A DNA stretch of 64,000 nucleotides, taken from IMG/VR virus record IMGVR_UViG_3300025875_000003, positions 32,001 through 96,000 of that record; one strand, 5' to 3'. Positions within the stretch are counted from its first letter, which is position 1; every line of letters begins with the position of its first letter. A model generated the notes under the pieces. That model searched no databases. It had not been told where the DNA came from and was given only the letters and a program-made list of their open reading frames with translations. The stretch is from a virus. Below, one piece after another: positions 41,420 to 51,300 of the stretch. Both the position numbers and the translations under genes were made by a program.

Positions 41420-41866
41420 ATGACCAGCCCTCTTGATGAAGCGCCCCCGGACGATCTTGCGCGCGCTTTTCGCTTGCCTGAGTGGGTGCTAGAAGATCCA
41501 GAATTGGAAGCCCTTCACGGAGCCATCGTGAATCGCCTGCGCACTGAGGCGCGGGGTATGCCGATGAATACTGTTCAGCAGTTGTTGCTGGAGCGGATTG
41601 CGTACAACTACATCGTCTTGAAGTACAAGGAAGAGACGAATGGGTTTAGTACGCCTACTCAGCAGAAGGATTTCAATACTTGGTGGCTAGCCATGACGCA
41701 GGAGTTCAACAAGTTGCTGCTGGCTAATCAGGACCGTATGCGGGACGCAATGCTTGCACAGGTTCAGGACATCGTTAAGGGTGTCATTGGCACGGTAGCA
41801 GATGTAGAAGAGCGCAAGCGTCTTCGTCGTGAACTTTCCGAGCAGTTCGCACAAGCAGACCTCTGA
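41420..41866 (+). CDS. putative terminase small subunit
   Basis: helical 148-aa protein at the head of the terminase operon (positional). Confidence 0.5.
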   Translation: MTSPLDEAPPDDLARAFRLPEWVLEDPELEALHGAIVNRLRTEARGMPMNTVQQLLLERIAYNYIVLKYKEETNGFSTPTQQKDFNTWWLAMTQEFNKLLLANQDRMRDAMLAQVQDIVKGVIGTVADVEERKRLRRELSEQFAQADL

Positions 41867-41882
41867 TCTAGGAGTTACAGCA

Positions 41883-42665
41883 ATGAATCCCACCGCAGAA
41901 GAGTTCCTGGATCAGGACGACTACAGCCTCACCATCATGCTGGCGTCTAGTTCGGCCAGTCTTGACCGCTCGCCTAAGAAGAACTGGGTTGAAAACACAG
42001 GCTCGGGCCTTCCCCCGTACGTGCGAAAGATCGCGCGCGGGGTAGAGAAGTCTGGGCGTCCCCTTTCTCAGGCTATCGCTATTGCTATCGGCCGCATCAA
42101 GAAGTGGGCTGCGGGCGGTGATGGTGTTGACGCCGATACTCAGGCTAAGGCAGCCAAGGCTCTGGCGCAGTGGAATGCCCTGAAGGCCAAGAACAAGTCC
42201 AAGAAGGTAGTCAAGGCTTCCCATGTTGATGGGGGCTTCTATCTTGCCTTGGCCGCATCGGATTTCAATGGTTCTTTTGAGGTAGACCGTGTGAGTCGCG
42301 CATGGAGTTCTCTTCAGTCAGCCGCTCGGGAGGCGTATTATGATGCCCGCCGAGCCAAGTCCGAGAGCGATGGTAGTTTGTATGAGGTAGAGAAGCCTCC
42401 GTACTTGTATATCCGGTCTTTGTGGACGGATTTTATTATTGTGGAACACGAGCAGCCGGGTGGTCCTCTGCTGTTGAAGATTCCCTACACGGTCACGGAT
42501 ACTGCCGTGGACTTTGGACAGCCTGTCGCTGTCAAGCAGTCTTTCGAAGAGGTTGCCCTAAGTAATGTCGATGATGAGTGGTCTGAGACTGTGCGCTTTT
42601 CGGCAGAGGGTGCTAACGAAGCACTGACCGATAATGAGATTCGTCTTTTGAAGGTCGAGGACTGA
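41883..42665 (+). CDS. hypothetical protein (head-module associated)
   Basis: AGGAG RBS; GLPPYVRKIA..AIAIAIGRIKKWA segment. Confidence 0.75.
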   Translation: MNPTAEEFLDQDDYSLTIMLASSSASLDRSPKKNWVENTGSGLPPYVRKIARGVEKSGRPLSQAIAIAIGRIKKWAAGGDGVDADTQAKAAKALAQWNALKAKNKSKKVVKASHVDGGFYLALAASDFNGSFEVDRVSRAWSSLQSAAREAYYDARRAKSESDGSLYEVEKPPYLYIRSLWTDFIIVEHEQPGGPLLLKIPYTVTDTAVDFGQPVAVKQSFEEVALSNVDDEWSETVRFSAEGANEALTDNEIRLLKVED

Positions 42666-42669
42666 TCTA

Positions 42670-45600
42670 GTGCTGCGGCTGGCTGATGCGTTCGCTGAGG
42701 AGGAGGTGGAGACCTCTTCCCTGAGCGACATTTTTGAAGAAGAGCCCGTCCCTCTGAACGTGTTCGTTGAGGACGGCAAGTTTTTGCGCAACCCTCCACT
42801 GTCACCTGTTCAGTTCGAGGCAGTTAAGCACATCGAGCGGGTCTATCTGCCTGAGATCTATCCACTCATGGCGGAAGAATTTGGCGGCTACTGGTCCGAT
42901 CCGGTTCGGATGACCAATCTCATCACCCTCCAGTGGGGCAAGGGGTGTATTTCTAAAAACGAAGATATCTATGATGCGCGTACGGGGCGTTGGAGCAAGA
43001 TTTCTTCGGTTAATGCGCCCCCGACTGTTGAGGGCACTTACGAGGTTAATTCGGACGGAGATACCACCCACCTTCCCGGACAGGCCGTGTTCACCAAGGG
43101 CACGAATCGCGTCCTTTCTGAGGGTTCTGTTCCTTTTTTTAGAGGCCGAGGCCAGATGGTAAAGGTCACCACGGCTCTAGGGGCCTCTATTGAGGTGTAC
43201 GCTGGGCACTTGTTTGCTTCGTGGGCGGATCACAATCTGCCCTACAAGAATAGGTATCTTCGGGCCGAACCCGTCTGGCAGCAGGCTGCTTCGCTTCAGG
43301 CGGGTGACCGCATTGCCACTTTGAGCAAGATTGACTGCTTGGAGCCTGTGTCTCAGGACGAGCGGGAAGTTGCGCTCGTAGGGTATTGGATTGGAGACGG
43401 GTCCATGCCTGTGGACGGTTCTACGTCGTGGGGTTTCTATATTGATGCTCAGGCAACCGAACTTCTGGAAACCTACATCGACTTGGTAGAATCTTATCCC
43501 GGCATCACCGCTAAGACCTCAATCATGGACTCGGGTGCTTTGCGCGTGCGAGCGACTACGACGGGTTCGGGGCGTAAGTTCTCTACTCCCCTGATCGACG
43601 TGATCCGCAAGTGGGGACTCTACGGCTCTCGGGCGTGGGATAAGCGGGTTCCAGATGAGTTTTTCTCGTTGCCTGACGATCAGTTGGCTATCTTTCTCTC
43701 TGCGCTATGGGATACGGACGGTTCCATTTATTTGAAGAAGGCAGGCACTAAGTCTCTGTCTCCGTGTTTTGAGTATGTCTCTGTCTCTGAGGGTCTTGCC
43801 AGGGACATCCAACGCCTTTTGTTGCGGTTCGGTGTAATTTCTCGCCTTTCGTCTAAGACACCGACCTACACATACAGGGGAGAGAAGAAGACGGGGCGTA
43901 CTGCGTGGCGTGTGACTGTTACGTCGGGTAAGTTTGCTGTTCGGCTCGCTTCAGTGCTTCGTCTTCACGGGCCTAAGGAAGCCCTGCGTCTCGTCTCCCT
44001 GGATTGGAATTACGCTAATGAGCAGCAGAAGACGGACGGGGACGTGTATTGGGATACAGTCAAAAGTGTGGAGTTTTTGGGCGAGGACGAGTATTGGGAC
44101 ATTAATGTTCCTGAAGGCGGTTCTTACGTAGCAGGGTCCACAGCGCTTATTTCAAGTAACTCGGGGAAGGACCATGTGTGCCGCGTGGCTTCTCTGCGCG
44201 TGGCTTATATGTTGCTGTGCTTGAAGTCTCCGCAGAAGTACTATTCTATGCCCGAGCAGGACTCGATTCATCTACTTAACATTGCGTCCAACTCTCAGCA
44301 GGCGATGCGTGCTTTCTTCAAGCCAATGTCCCAAGCGGTTAAGAGGGGCTGGTTTTCAGACAAAGCAGATCCGACTCAGAACGCGATTCAGTACGCCAAG
44401 AACATTGAAGCCGTGTCTGGGCACTCCGAGGCAGAGGGCCAGGAGGGGCTGAACATCATGCTCGGGGTTGCTGACGAAATCGACGCCTTCAAGTCCAAGG
44501 GCGAGATGGTGGGCCAGGGCAAGAAGATGCGCGAGGCATCTACTTCTGCAGAGTCTATTCTTGACATGCTGAAAACTTCTGCTTCCACTCGTTTTCCGAT
44601 GTGTTATAAGCGCGTGGCTATTTCCTTCCCTCGTTACCTAGGCTCTACCATTCAGAATCTGACTGAAGAGGCCAAGGAAGACTATCGCTCGCAGGGTCCA
44701 TCTTCGATCTATTATGTGTCTGGTCCTCTCGCTACGTGGGACGTGAATCCTCGTGTTGAGGGCAAGCATCAGTTTGCTACCGATTATCGCAAGGCTCCGG
44801 ATGAGGCGGCTGCAAAGTACGAATGCAAGCCTACTCGTGCTACCGATGCCTATTTCCGTAACCCTGAAATCTTCCGTATCGCTGTGGATAGTCCGACTCA
44901 GCCTATCTCGGTTGACTATCGTCTAGAGGAGCATCTGTCGGAGCAGACCGGCTCTCTGGTCAAGTCGTGGGAGCCGGTGTTTACCTTCGCTCCGGACTTT
45001 GTACCTAAGGATGGTGCGCTGTATGCCATTCACGGTGACCTAGCCATTCGCGGGGACCGTGCTGGGGTGGCCATGTCTCACGTTGTGCGAACCGAGGAGC
45101 GCACTGAGAAGGTCATTGAAGAGGATGGAGAAGTTACTGAGCGCTCGCAGATGGTAGAAGTTCTGCGCAACGATTTCACCATCTCTCTGGAAGCAGACTT
45201 GGGTGAGTCTCCCCCGCGCGAGATTCAGATTCGCTGGCTGCGTCGTCTAGTGTTTGATCTCATCAAGCGAGGATTTTCTGTACGTCTGGTGACTTTGGAC
45301 GGGTTTCAGTCTGTAGATACTATGCAAACGCTGACCAACCACGGCATTGAGACTGCGTTGGTTTCTACTGACCGCGACTCCAACATCTGGAAGACCGTCA
45401 AGGACGTAGCCTCTGAGGGTCGCCTTTCTATGCCTCATTCTGCTCTTCTCCAAAAGGAACTAGAAGCCCTTTCCCGAGTGGGTAATGGGAAGATCGATCA
45501 CCCAGTAGGTGGTTCAAAAGATTTGGCAGATGCCTTCGCCTGTTCTCTTGTGGACGCCATTCAAATTGGTGGTTCGGAAGGCGGCGGCGTTGAAATTCTC

Positions 45601-45708
45601 TTGGGTGAGAATATCTTTGAGACTGGCGGCGAAGTGAGTCTTTATGGCATGGACGATGAATTGCTCGATCTGTCGGGCCTAATGACCGGAGGATGGATCG
45701 ATGGCTAA
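42670..45708 (+). CDS. terL: terminase large subunit with intein
   Basis: Walker A GKG|SGKD split by the intein; Walker B VADEIDAF; nuclease IHGDLA, LDGFQS, IDHP..SKDLADA. Confidence 0.9.
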   Translation: MLRLADAFAEEEVETSSLSDIFEEEPVPLNVFVEDGKFLRNPPLSPVQFEAVKHIERVYLPEIYPLMAEEFGGYWSDPVRMTNLITLQWGKGCISKNEDIYDARTGRWSKISSVNAPPTVEGTYEVNSDGDTTHLPGQAVFTKGTNRVLSEGSVPFFRGRGQMVKVTTALGASIEVYAGHLFASWADHNLPYKNRYLRAEPVWQQAASLQAGDRIATLSKIDCLEPVSQDEREVALVGYWIGDGSMPVDGSTSWGFYIDAQATELLETYIDLVESYPGITAKTSIMDSGALRVRATTTGSGRKFSTPLIDVIRKWGLYGSRAWDKRVPDEFFSLPDDQLAIFLSALWDTDGSIYLKKAGTKSLSPCFEYVSVSEGLARDIQRLLLRFGVISRLSSKTPTYTYRGEKKTGRTAWRVTVTSGKFAVRLASVLRLHGPKEALRLVSLDWNYANEQQKTDGDVYWDTVKSVEFLGEDEYWDINVPEGGSYVAGSTALISSNSGKDHVCRVASLRVAYMLLCLKSPQKYYSMPEQDSIHLLNIASNSQQAMRAFFKPMSQAVKRGWFSDKADPTQNAIQYAKNIEAVSGHSEAEGQEGLNIMLGVADEIDAFKSKGEMVGQGKKMREASTSAESILDMLKTSASTRFPMCYKRVAISFPRYLGSTIQNLTEEAKEDYRSQGPSSIYYVSGPLATWDVNPRVEGKHQFATDYRKAPDEAAAKYECKPTRATDAYFRNPEIFRIAVDSPTQPISVDYRLEEHLSEQTGSLVKSWEPVFTFAPDFVPKDGALYAIHGDLAIRGDRAGVAMSHVVRTEERTEKVIEEDGEVTERSQMVEVLRNDFTISLEADLGESPPREIQIRWLRRLVFDLIKRGFSVRLVTLDGFQSVDTMQTLTNHGIETALVSTDRDSNIWKTVKDVASEGRLSMPHSALLQKELEALSRVGNGKIDHPVGGSKDLADAFACSLVDAIQIGGSEGGGVEILLGENIFETGGEVSLYGMDDELLDLSGLMTGGWIDG
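42946..44160 (+). mobile_element. 405-aa intein with a LAGLIDADG homing endonuclease
   Basis: N-terminal C-ISKNEDI; VGYWIGDG and LSALWDTDG; C-terminal WDINVPEGGSYVA..ISSN/S. Confidence 0.9.
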
Positions 45709-47275
45709 TGAATTGGTTGAAGAGGGTACGACGACCACCAAGGCACAGACAGAGGACGGCACGCCGCTGGCTTTGGAGTTTGAGGTCGGGGTAGATCAGA
45801 ATCTTCCCTTCTCGATGCCGTACCAGCCCTCTAAGGATGGCACTAAGCGCTCGGCGGATGAAGACCTACAAGAAATTGGCCGTGAGGGTTTCGAAGACTA
45901 TGGTCCCTCTGTGCGTCAGTTGGTCACCATGCGCAAGATGGATGGTCAGGCGCGCGCTCTGTACCGGCTGCTGACGCTGCCCATTCGTTCTGCTCTCAAC
46001 ACGGCTACCTTTGTCCCGGCTGAGGGCGGGGAGGCCGAGGCTGAGTATATCGATGCGGTTTTTAATACCCCTGTAGAGGCTGGGGGTATGTCAGTCACCT
46101 TTCAGCGCACCATGGGTCAGTTGCTTCAGGGCATCTTTGACGGATTTGCTGCGTTCGAGAAGGTATTCTATATTCCAGAGGACGGCCCGCTGAAGGGTAA
46201 GATCACTCTGAAGAAGTTGGCGTACCGACCCGCAGAGACGGTCACCTTCTTGACAGACAAGACTGGTGGCTTCAAGGGTATTCGCCAGCAGGCAACTGTC
46301 TCTGGTAAGACCGTGGATGCTTACATTCCACGAGACTACTGCTTTTATTGGGCAGCACAGGAGGAAGAGCGTAAGTTCTACGGTATCTCATTTTTCCAGA
46401 GCGCCTTCTATCATTATGACAAGAAGGTGAAGTTGTACTACACGGCTCACCTTGCAGCGCAGCGCGCAGCCGTGGGTACTCGTGTAGGTACTGTGCCTCA
46501 ACAGGCTTCTAAGCCTGATCGACTTGCTTTTTCCAAGGCTCTGTCTAATATGTCCGTGGCTCAGTGGATGACCATGCCAGACGGGTTCAAGGTTGAAACA
46601 CTGAAAGAGGGCGGTGGTTTCGATTTCTTGAACCTGATCAACCACCACAACAGTCAGATGTCCAAGTCTGTGCTGGCGTCCTTCTTCGATCAGGCCCAGG
46701 GCGGAGGCTCTAACGACACCTCTTTGGTGAACTTCGCTCAGCCTGGCGATGATATGTTCGTGCTCATGCTGCGCGCTATCATGGACGACATCGCTAACCA
46801 GATCAACAACTATGTCATCCCTCAGTTGGTGGACTTCAACTTCAAGGGCGGTAAGTACCCTAAGTTTGTTTGGGGCAAGTTGACTGATGAGCAGCGTGCT
46901 GCCATTTCTGCTGTGTTCAACCAGTTGGTTTCTTCGGCGGCGCACGGTGTTCTTCCCAAGGAACTGGTCCGTGCCATTGAGATGCAGCAGGCTGACGACA
47001 TGGGCTTGGAGATTGATTGGGATGCCGTGGAAGCCCGCGAGGAGGAAGAGGCTGCTGCGCTGGCCGCTCAGGAAGCCGCAGCAGGCGCTCTGCCGGGCCA
47101 GGAGGGTCCAGTAGACCCCGAGTCCGCACCTACCTCTGAGAGTTCCCCAGAGGATGCTTTGGCTGCCTTCGAGGAGCAGGCTTCTCGGGTGGGGCTGACG
47201 GCAGACGATCTGTCTACGGCGAATCTTCTTTCTCTGGCACGCGAGATGCTGGGCGAGTCGTCTGAGCGGGCCTGA
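45701..47275 (+). CDS. portal protein (Mu gp29/DUF935-like)
   Basis: position after TerL; GFAAFEKV, YGISFFQSAFYHY, HHNSQMSKSVL. Confidence 0.85.
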   Translation: MANELVEEGTTTTKAQTEDGTPLALEFEVGVDQNLPFSMPYQPSKDGTKRSADEDLQEIGREGFEDYGPSVRQLVTMRKMDGQARALYRLLTLPIRSALNTATFVPAEGGEAEAEYIDAVFNTPVEAGGMSVTFQRTMGQLLQGIFDGFAAFEKVFYIPEDGPLKGKITLKKLAYRPAETVTFLTDKTGGFKGIRQQATVSGKTVDAYIPRDYCFYWAAQEEERKFYGISFFQSAFYHYDKKVKLYYTAHLAAQRAAVGTRVGTVPQQASKPDRLAFSKALSNMSVAQWMTMPDGFKVETLKEGGGFDFLNLINHHNSQMSKSVLASFFDQAQGGGSNDTSLVNFAQPGDDMFVLMLRAIMDDIANQINNYVIPQLVDFNFKGGKYPKFVWGKLTDEQRAAISAVFNQLVSSAAHGVLPKELVRAIEMQQADDMGLEIDWDAVEAREEEEAAALAAQEAAAGALPGQEGPVDPESAPTSESSPEDALAAFEEQASRVGLTADDLSTANLLSLAREMLGESSERA

Positions 47276-47277
47276 CC

Positions 47278-48078
47278 GTGGCACGGTTCGCTGAGCAAGT
47301 TCGACGTGCGCGGACGGCTCATCTGACTGTCAACGCTCTGGAGGACACAGCGCGCGCTCAGATCAACCAGGCCTTTGATGTTTGGGACGCAGGCGAACTG
47401 GACGCACAGACGGTCAGGCATCGTCTGGAACGCATCATCAGGGACGCTTACAGAGGCTCTGTAGCGCTTGCTGTGGCTCAGGTGGCGCAGGCAGCCGAGA
47501 TCCCCGATTGGAAGCCTCGTGAGCGCGTTTTCTTGACTCCGTATCTGAAGTCTTTGCTGGAGGACGTACGCCGGAATCTTCGTGAGTACAAGTCAGCGGG
47601 CAAGACTGACGAAGCGCGTCGTCGTGCGCTCTTGCGCATGCGCCACAGCGCTGGGGTAGCAGCACAGCGGGGATGCACGGACGCCTTGGTTGCTGCGTAC
47701 TCTGAGATGGAAGAGTTCGGTCTTTCCGTGCGCAAGGTGTGGATGGCCAACCTCACCGCTGGGACTCCTCCGTGTGATCAGTGCCGAGCCCTTCACGGGT
47801 CTGAGGTGGGCATCTCGGAGGAATTCCCTCACGTAGGCTCTTACGTCCCCTACATCGACCTTGTGGGGCCTCCAGCGCATCCTCAGTGCCGTTGCTGGCT
47901 GGCCTTCCTGATCGTGTCGCTGGAGAACGCCTTCGACTCTCTGGACTTGGATACTCCTGCCGAATCTGTCGAGTCTTCCATGACTTCGGCTCAGGTCCGC
48001 TCTATGCCTGCCAAGTTGTTTTCTAGTTTCGTGACTTTCGTGTCCAGGGTGGTCAAGAAGTTAAGGAGTACGAAATGA
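47278..48078 (+). CDS. MuF-like head morphogenesis protein
   Basis: KVW...CDQCRALHG...PPAHPQCRC. Confidence 0.85.
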   Translation: MARFAEQVRRARTAHLTVNALEDTARAQINQAFDVWDAGELDAQTVRHRLERIIRDAYRGSVALAVAQVAQAAEIPDWKPRERVFLTPYLKSLLEDVRRNLREYKSAGKTDEARRRALLRMRHSAGVAAQRGCTDALVAAYSEMEEFGLSVRKVWMANLTAGTPPCDQCRALHGSEVGISEEFPHVGSYVPYIDLVGPPAHPQCRCWLAFLIVSLENAFDSLDLDTPAESVESSMTSAQVRSMPAKLFSSFVTFVSRVVKKLRSTK

Positions 48079-48293
48079 TTCGCTATCTCTTTGATTCAAC
48101 TGAATCCGCAGCAGCCGCGCTGGGAGTTGTTCTAGTTCACGCACGAGGCTCTAAGGACGATTACACCTTTGGCAGTCTTTCCTTGTCTCAATTGACTGAC
48201 TCAGGTATGTGGCTTACAGGTAACACGGAGTCAGTAGCAAAGTTGTTGGACGCAGTACCTGGGGCGGTACGTCAGGAGAGTTTTGGTCGATAG
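48075..48293 (+). CDS. hypothetical protein
   Basis: AAGGAG RBS, ATGA coupling. Confidence 0.55.
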   Translation: MIRYLFDSTESAAAALGVVLVHARGSKDDYTFGSLSLSQLTDSGMWLTGNTESVAKLLDAVPGAVRQESFGR

Positions 48294-48294
48294 T
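48284..48294 (+). promoter_or_regulatory. TGGTCGATAGT late promoter motif
   Basis: upstream of the giant protein. Confidence 0.65.
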
Positions 48295-48354
48295 GATGGG
48301 TAGAAAGAATCTTGTTCGTGACAAGATTTGTGAATCCCGGAGGATCGGCTGTAG

Positions 48355-51300
48355 ATGTTTGAGTTGGAGCAGTTTGAGGAAGTAGTCGCGCTTGCTGGCG
48401 TTCGTAAGGTTCGCACACAAGAAGGCGTTAAGTTCTATGGATTGCCGCTTGGTTCCCCAATCACGGCTGACCTCATTGCTCTGAAGGATAAGCAAGCCGC
48501 AGCCAAGGGCGTCAAGGCTCCCAAGGACGCCCTTACTTCCTCGTCTTCACGGGTAACTCCTAAGGCCCCCGGCTCGTCTTCTGTTGAGTCCGATTCCGGA
48601 TCTGTTTCTGACGCTATCAAGGTCAAGAAGTCTACGATCTCTGGACCTGCCAAGTTCTCTGTGGGCGCTAAGGAATACGGGGCTCCCTCAGGATCTAAGT
48701 TTATTACTCCCCAGAATAACCCGAAGATTGCTTACGTTCGTACACCAGACGGCAAGATCCGAGCCTTCAATGAGCAGGGTGAGATTGAAGTCCCGGCGAC
48801 TCTTTCCAACCTGTTGGCCAAGAAGTTCACGGCTGAGTACGCAGGCGACGATGCCTACGAAGTTGTCGATCTAGTTTCTGCTGCCGACGACCCGGACTCC
48901 CCCGTCCTTGGTTCTGCTGCCGACGCTCCCGCAGAGACTGTCGCTGTCTCTACTGAGGGAGATCCGGTATTCACCAAGAACGACCAGGGCGGCTGGACTC
49001 ACGACGCGCTTGGCGTGGAGTTCTCGGACGAGGATGTTCAGACTCTAGTAGACAACGGCGAGATTCTTCTGTCTCCTCCGGTAGAGGGAGACACTGCCGC
49101 TCTGGAAGAGCAGACCACGGCAGGTATGCCGAACTTCTCGGACATGACCAAGGCCGAGGCTATTTCTGCTTTCGATGCCATGCCTGCTGGATCTATTTTG
49201 GGCATCGCTGGATCTGACGCAACCATTTCTAAGCAATCAGATGGAACGTGGATTTCAAAGAGCGGCATGCAGCCTTCGGGTAATCCTGTTACTACTGAAG
49301 ATCTGGCTCTGGTTAAGAGCATTTTGGTTTCTGCGGATAAGGAGTATGCTCCGGATGTCGAAGGGCCGTCCTCAGAAGTTTCGGAAGTCAAGGAAGCCGA
49401 ATCGCCTTCCGCCCCGGACAATAAGGGGAAGGTAAACGAGCCCAAGGGTCTTGACGCCGCACGTTCTGCTATTTCGTCTTATACGAACAAGGCAGCTTTT
49501 CCGTCTTCGGAAGTCTCTAATGTAGCCAAGATGCTTTCTATGGACGAGGCTATTGGAGTATTCGACGGAACCTATCCTCTCAATGTCAGTAAGATGATCG
49601 CCGGTATTGACATTGACGGCCATGATCTGAAGTCTGCAATTAAGGCTGCACGTAAGACTAATGCGCAGAAGACCGTTGAATTGGGTCAAAATAAGTGGCA
49701 TAACGAAGACGCAGTTCTTCGTGAGGTTGCTATTCAAGCAATCGGGGATAACTCCACAGATGTAGAAGACTTCAAGGCGAACTTGAAGAAGATCTCTACA
49801 GTGGACCCCCTGAGCAAGACCAAGGAAGACTCAGTAACCAAGGAGAACAAGGCTCCTAAGGCTAAGAGCGCGGGCGGGTCTGCTCCGGTCACTAAGCCGA
49901 CCCCTGCCTCTGAGAAGGCTATTGGTTCTGAAAGCCTGAAGGTTGTTAGGGAGAACGAGAAGCAGTCGAAGCAGACTGTCTCCGAGGCGGTCGTTGACAC
50001 TAAGAAGCCTGCCGGTCCTCCTCGCCTGCCTGAGTCCGGCAAGCCGCTTGCGAACCTTAATGAGGTGAGCGAGGTCAAGGCCGCTTTGGACCTGCTGCCC
50101 GAAGGCGCAATTCTGCGGCATGAAAGCCTGTTTTTCAAGTACACCAAGGATGCTTCTGGCTGGTGGGTGGCACCTTCTGGTTCTAAGAGGACTGCGGCGA
50201 GTTTCTTTACGGCAAAGGATCAAATGGTCCTTGAACTGCCGCGCAAGGAAGCAGACAAGCCCAAGGCTGCGCTGACTCCTGAGAAGACTGGCCCGGACTT
50301 CAAGGTAGGCGAGCAGTTCACCTTTACCTCGTACGAGGACTTGGATGCTCTACCCGCTGGAGCGGTTCTGGGTAAGTGGAACGTTTCGTGGACAAAGGTC
50401 TCTGACAACGCTTACCTGACCGAGAATGGTACTACCGTTCCGAATTCTAACTTGCTTATTCGGGGCAATAGTATGCAGTATAAGATCGTTTCTCTTCCTG
50501 AGCCTGCCGCAACCAAGTTTTCCACGGAGTATGCCAAGGGTGACAAGATCAAGAAGTACGGTCACCTTCGTGAGATGCCCGTAGGCACTAAGATCAAGTC
50601 TTCTGCCCTGGGAGCCTCTTATCTGTTGACAAAGGGTGAAGATGGTAAGTGGCACGAAAACGAGAATGGCGTTCCATGGAGTCCCGATACCCTTGCGGAT
50701 GACATCATTGATGGCAATCTCACCATGGAAGCATCGGGTTCTGTAGGTGAGCAGTCGGACGATCTTGACGTGCAGTTGCTGCCCAACGGCATTGTCTACT
50801 CCAAGAAGCAGATCGCTGACGCGGTAGACGCTCTGGAGGGACACAGCGGCTTCCAGATCGCCTATGGGTTCAAGACGATCCCGGATCACCCGCTTGCTCA
50901 AAAGGATGCTCAGAATGCCGTCAAGGAAGCCGCTATGGCAGCCTTCCCGGACCTGAAGCCCAAGCAGGCTTTCGTCGCCTTCCTGAAGGACAAGGGAGGC
51001 ATCTCTGATGTGCCTGCATCTGTGGATGCAGCCGTTGGTGCGCCTGGACTCGCAGGCAACAAGATTCATCTCGGTGCGGACAACCCCCAGGCCAAGACTA
51101 TTCAGGGCTATGACGGCGGCGACTTTACGCCTGCCGATGTCGAGTCTGCTATTTCGATTCTTGAAGCGTTCGGCGGCAAGGCGTTCAAGGCTGAGTTGAA
51201 CAAGAAGGGCAATCCGCTTGGTATTCTGAACCCCAATGACCTTGTGGGCTTCAACAAGGACAAGACTGTCACCAAGCAGAAGTTCATCGACCTTCTGAAG

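Noticed and set aside
46388-47284. Long antisense and alternative-frame ORFs (e.g. 46388-47284, 50350-51069, 8965-9720, 12975-13667, 32222-32821)
   Set aside because: They shadow well-supported genes on the opposite strand, lack RBSs and motifs, and are expected in GC-rich, codon-biased DNA.
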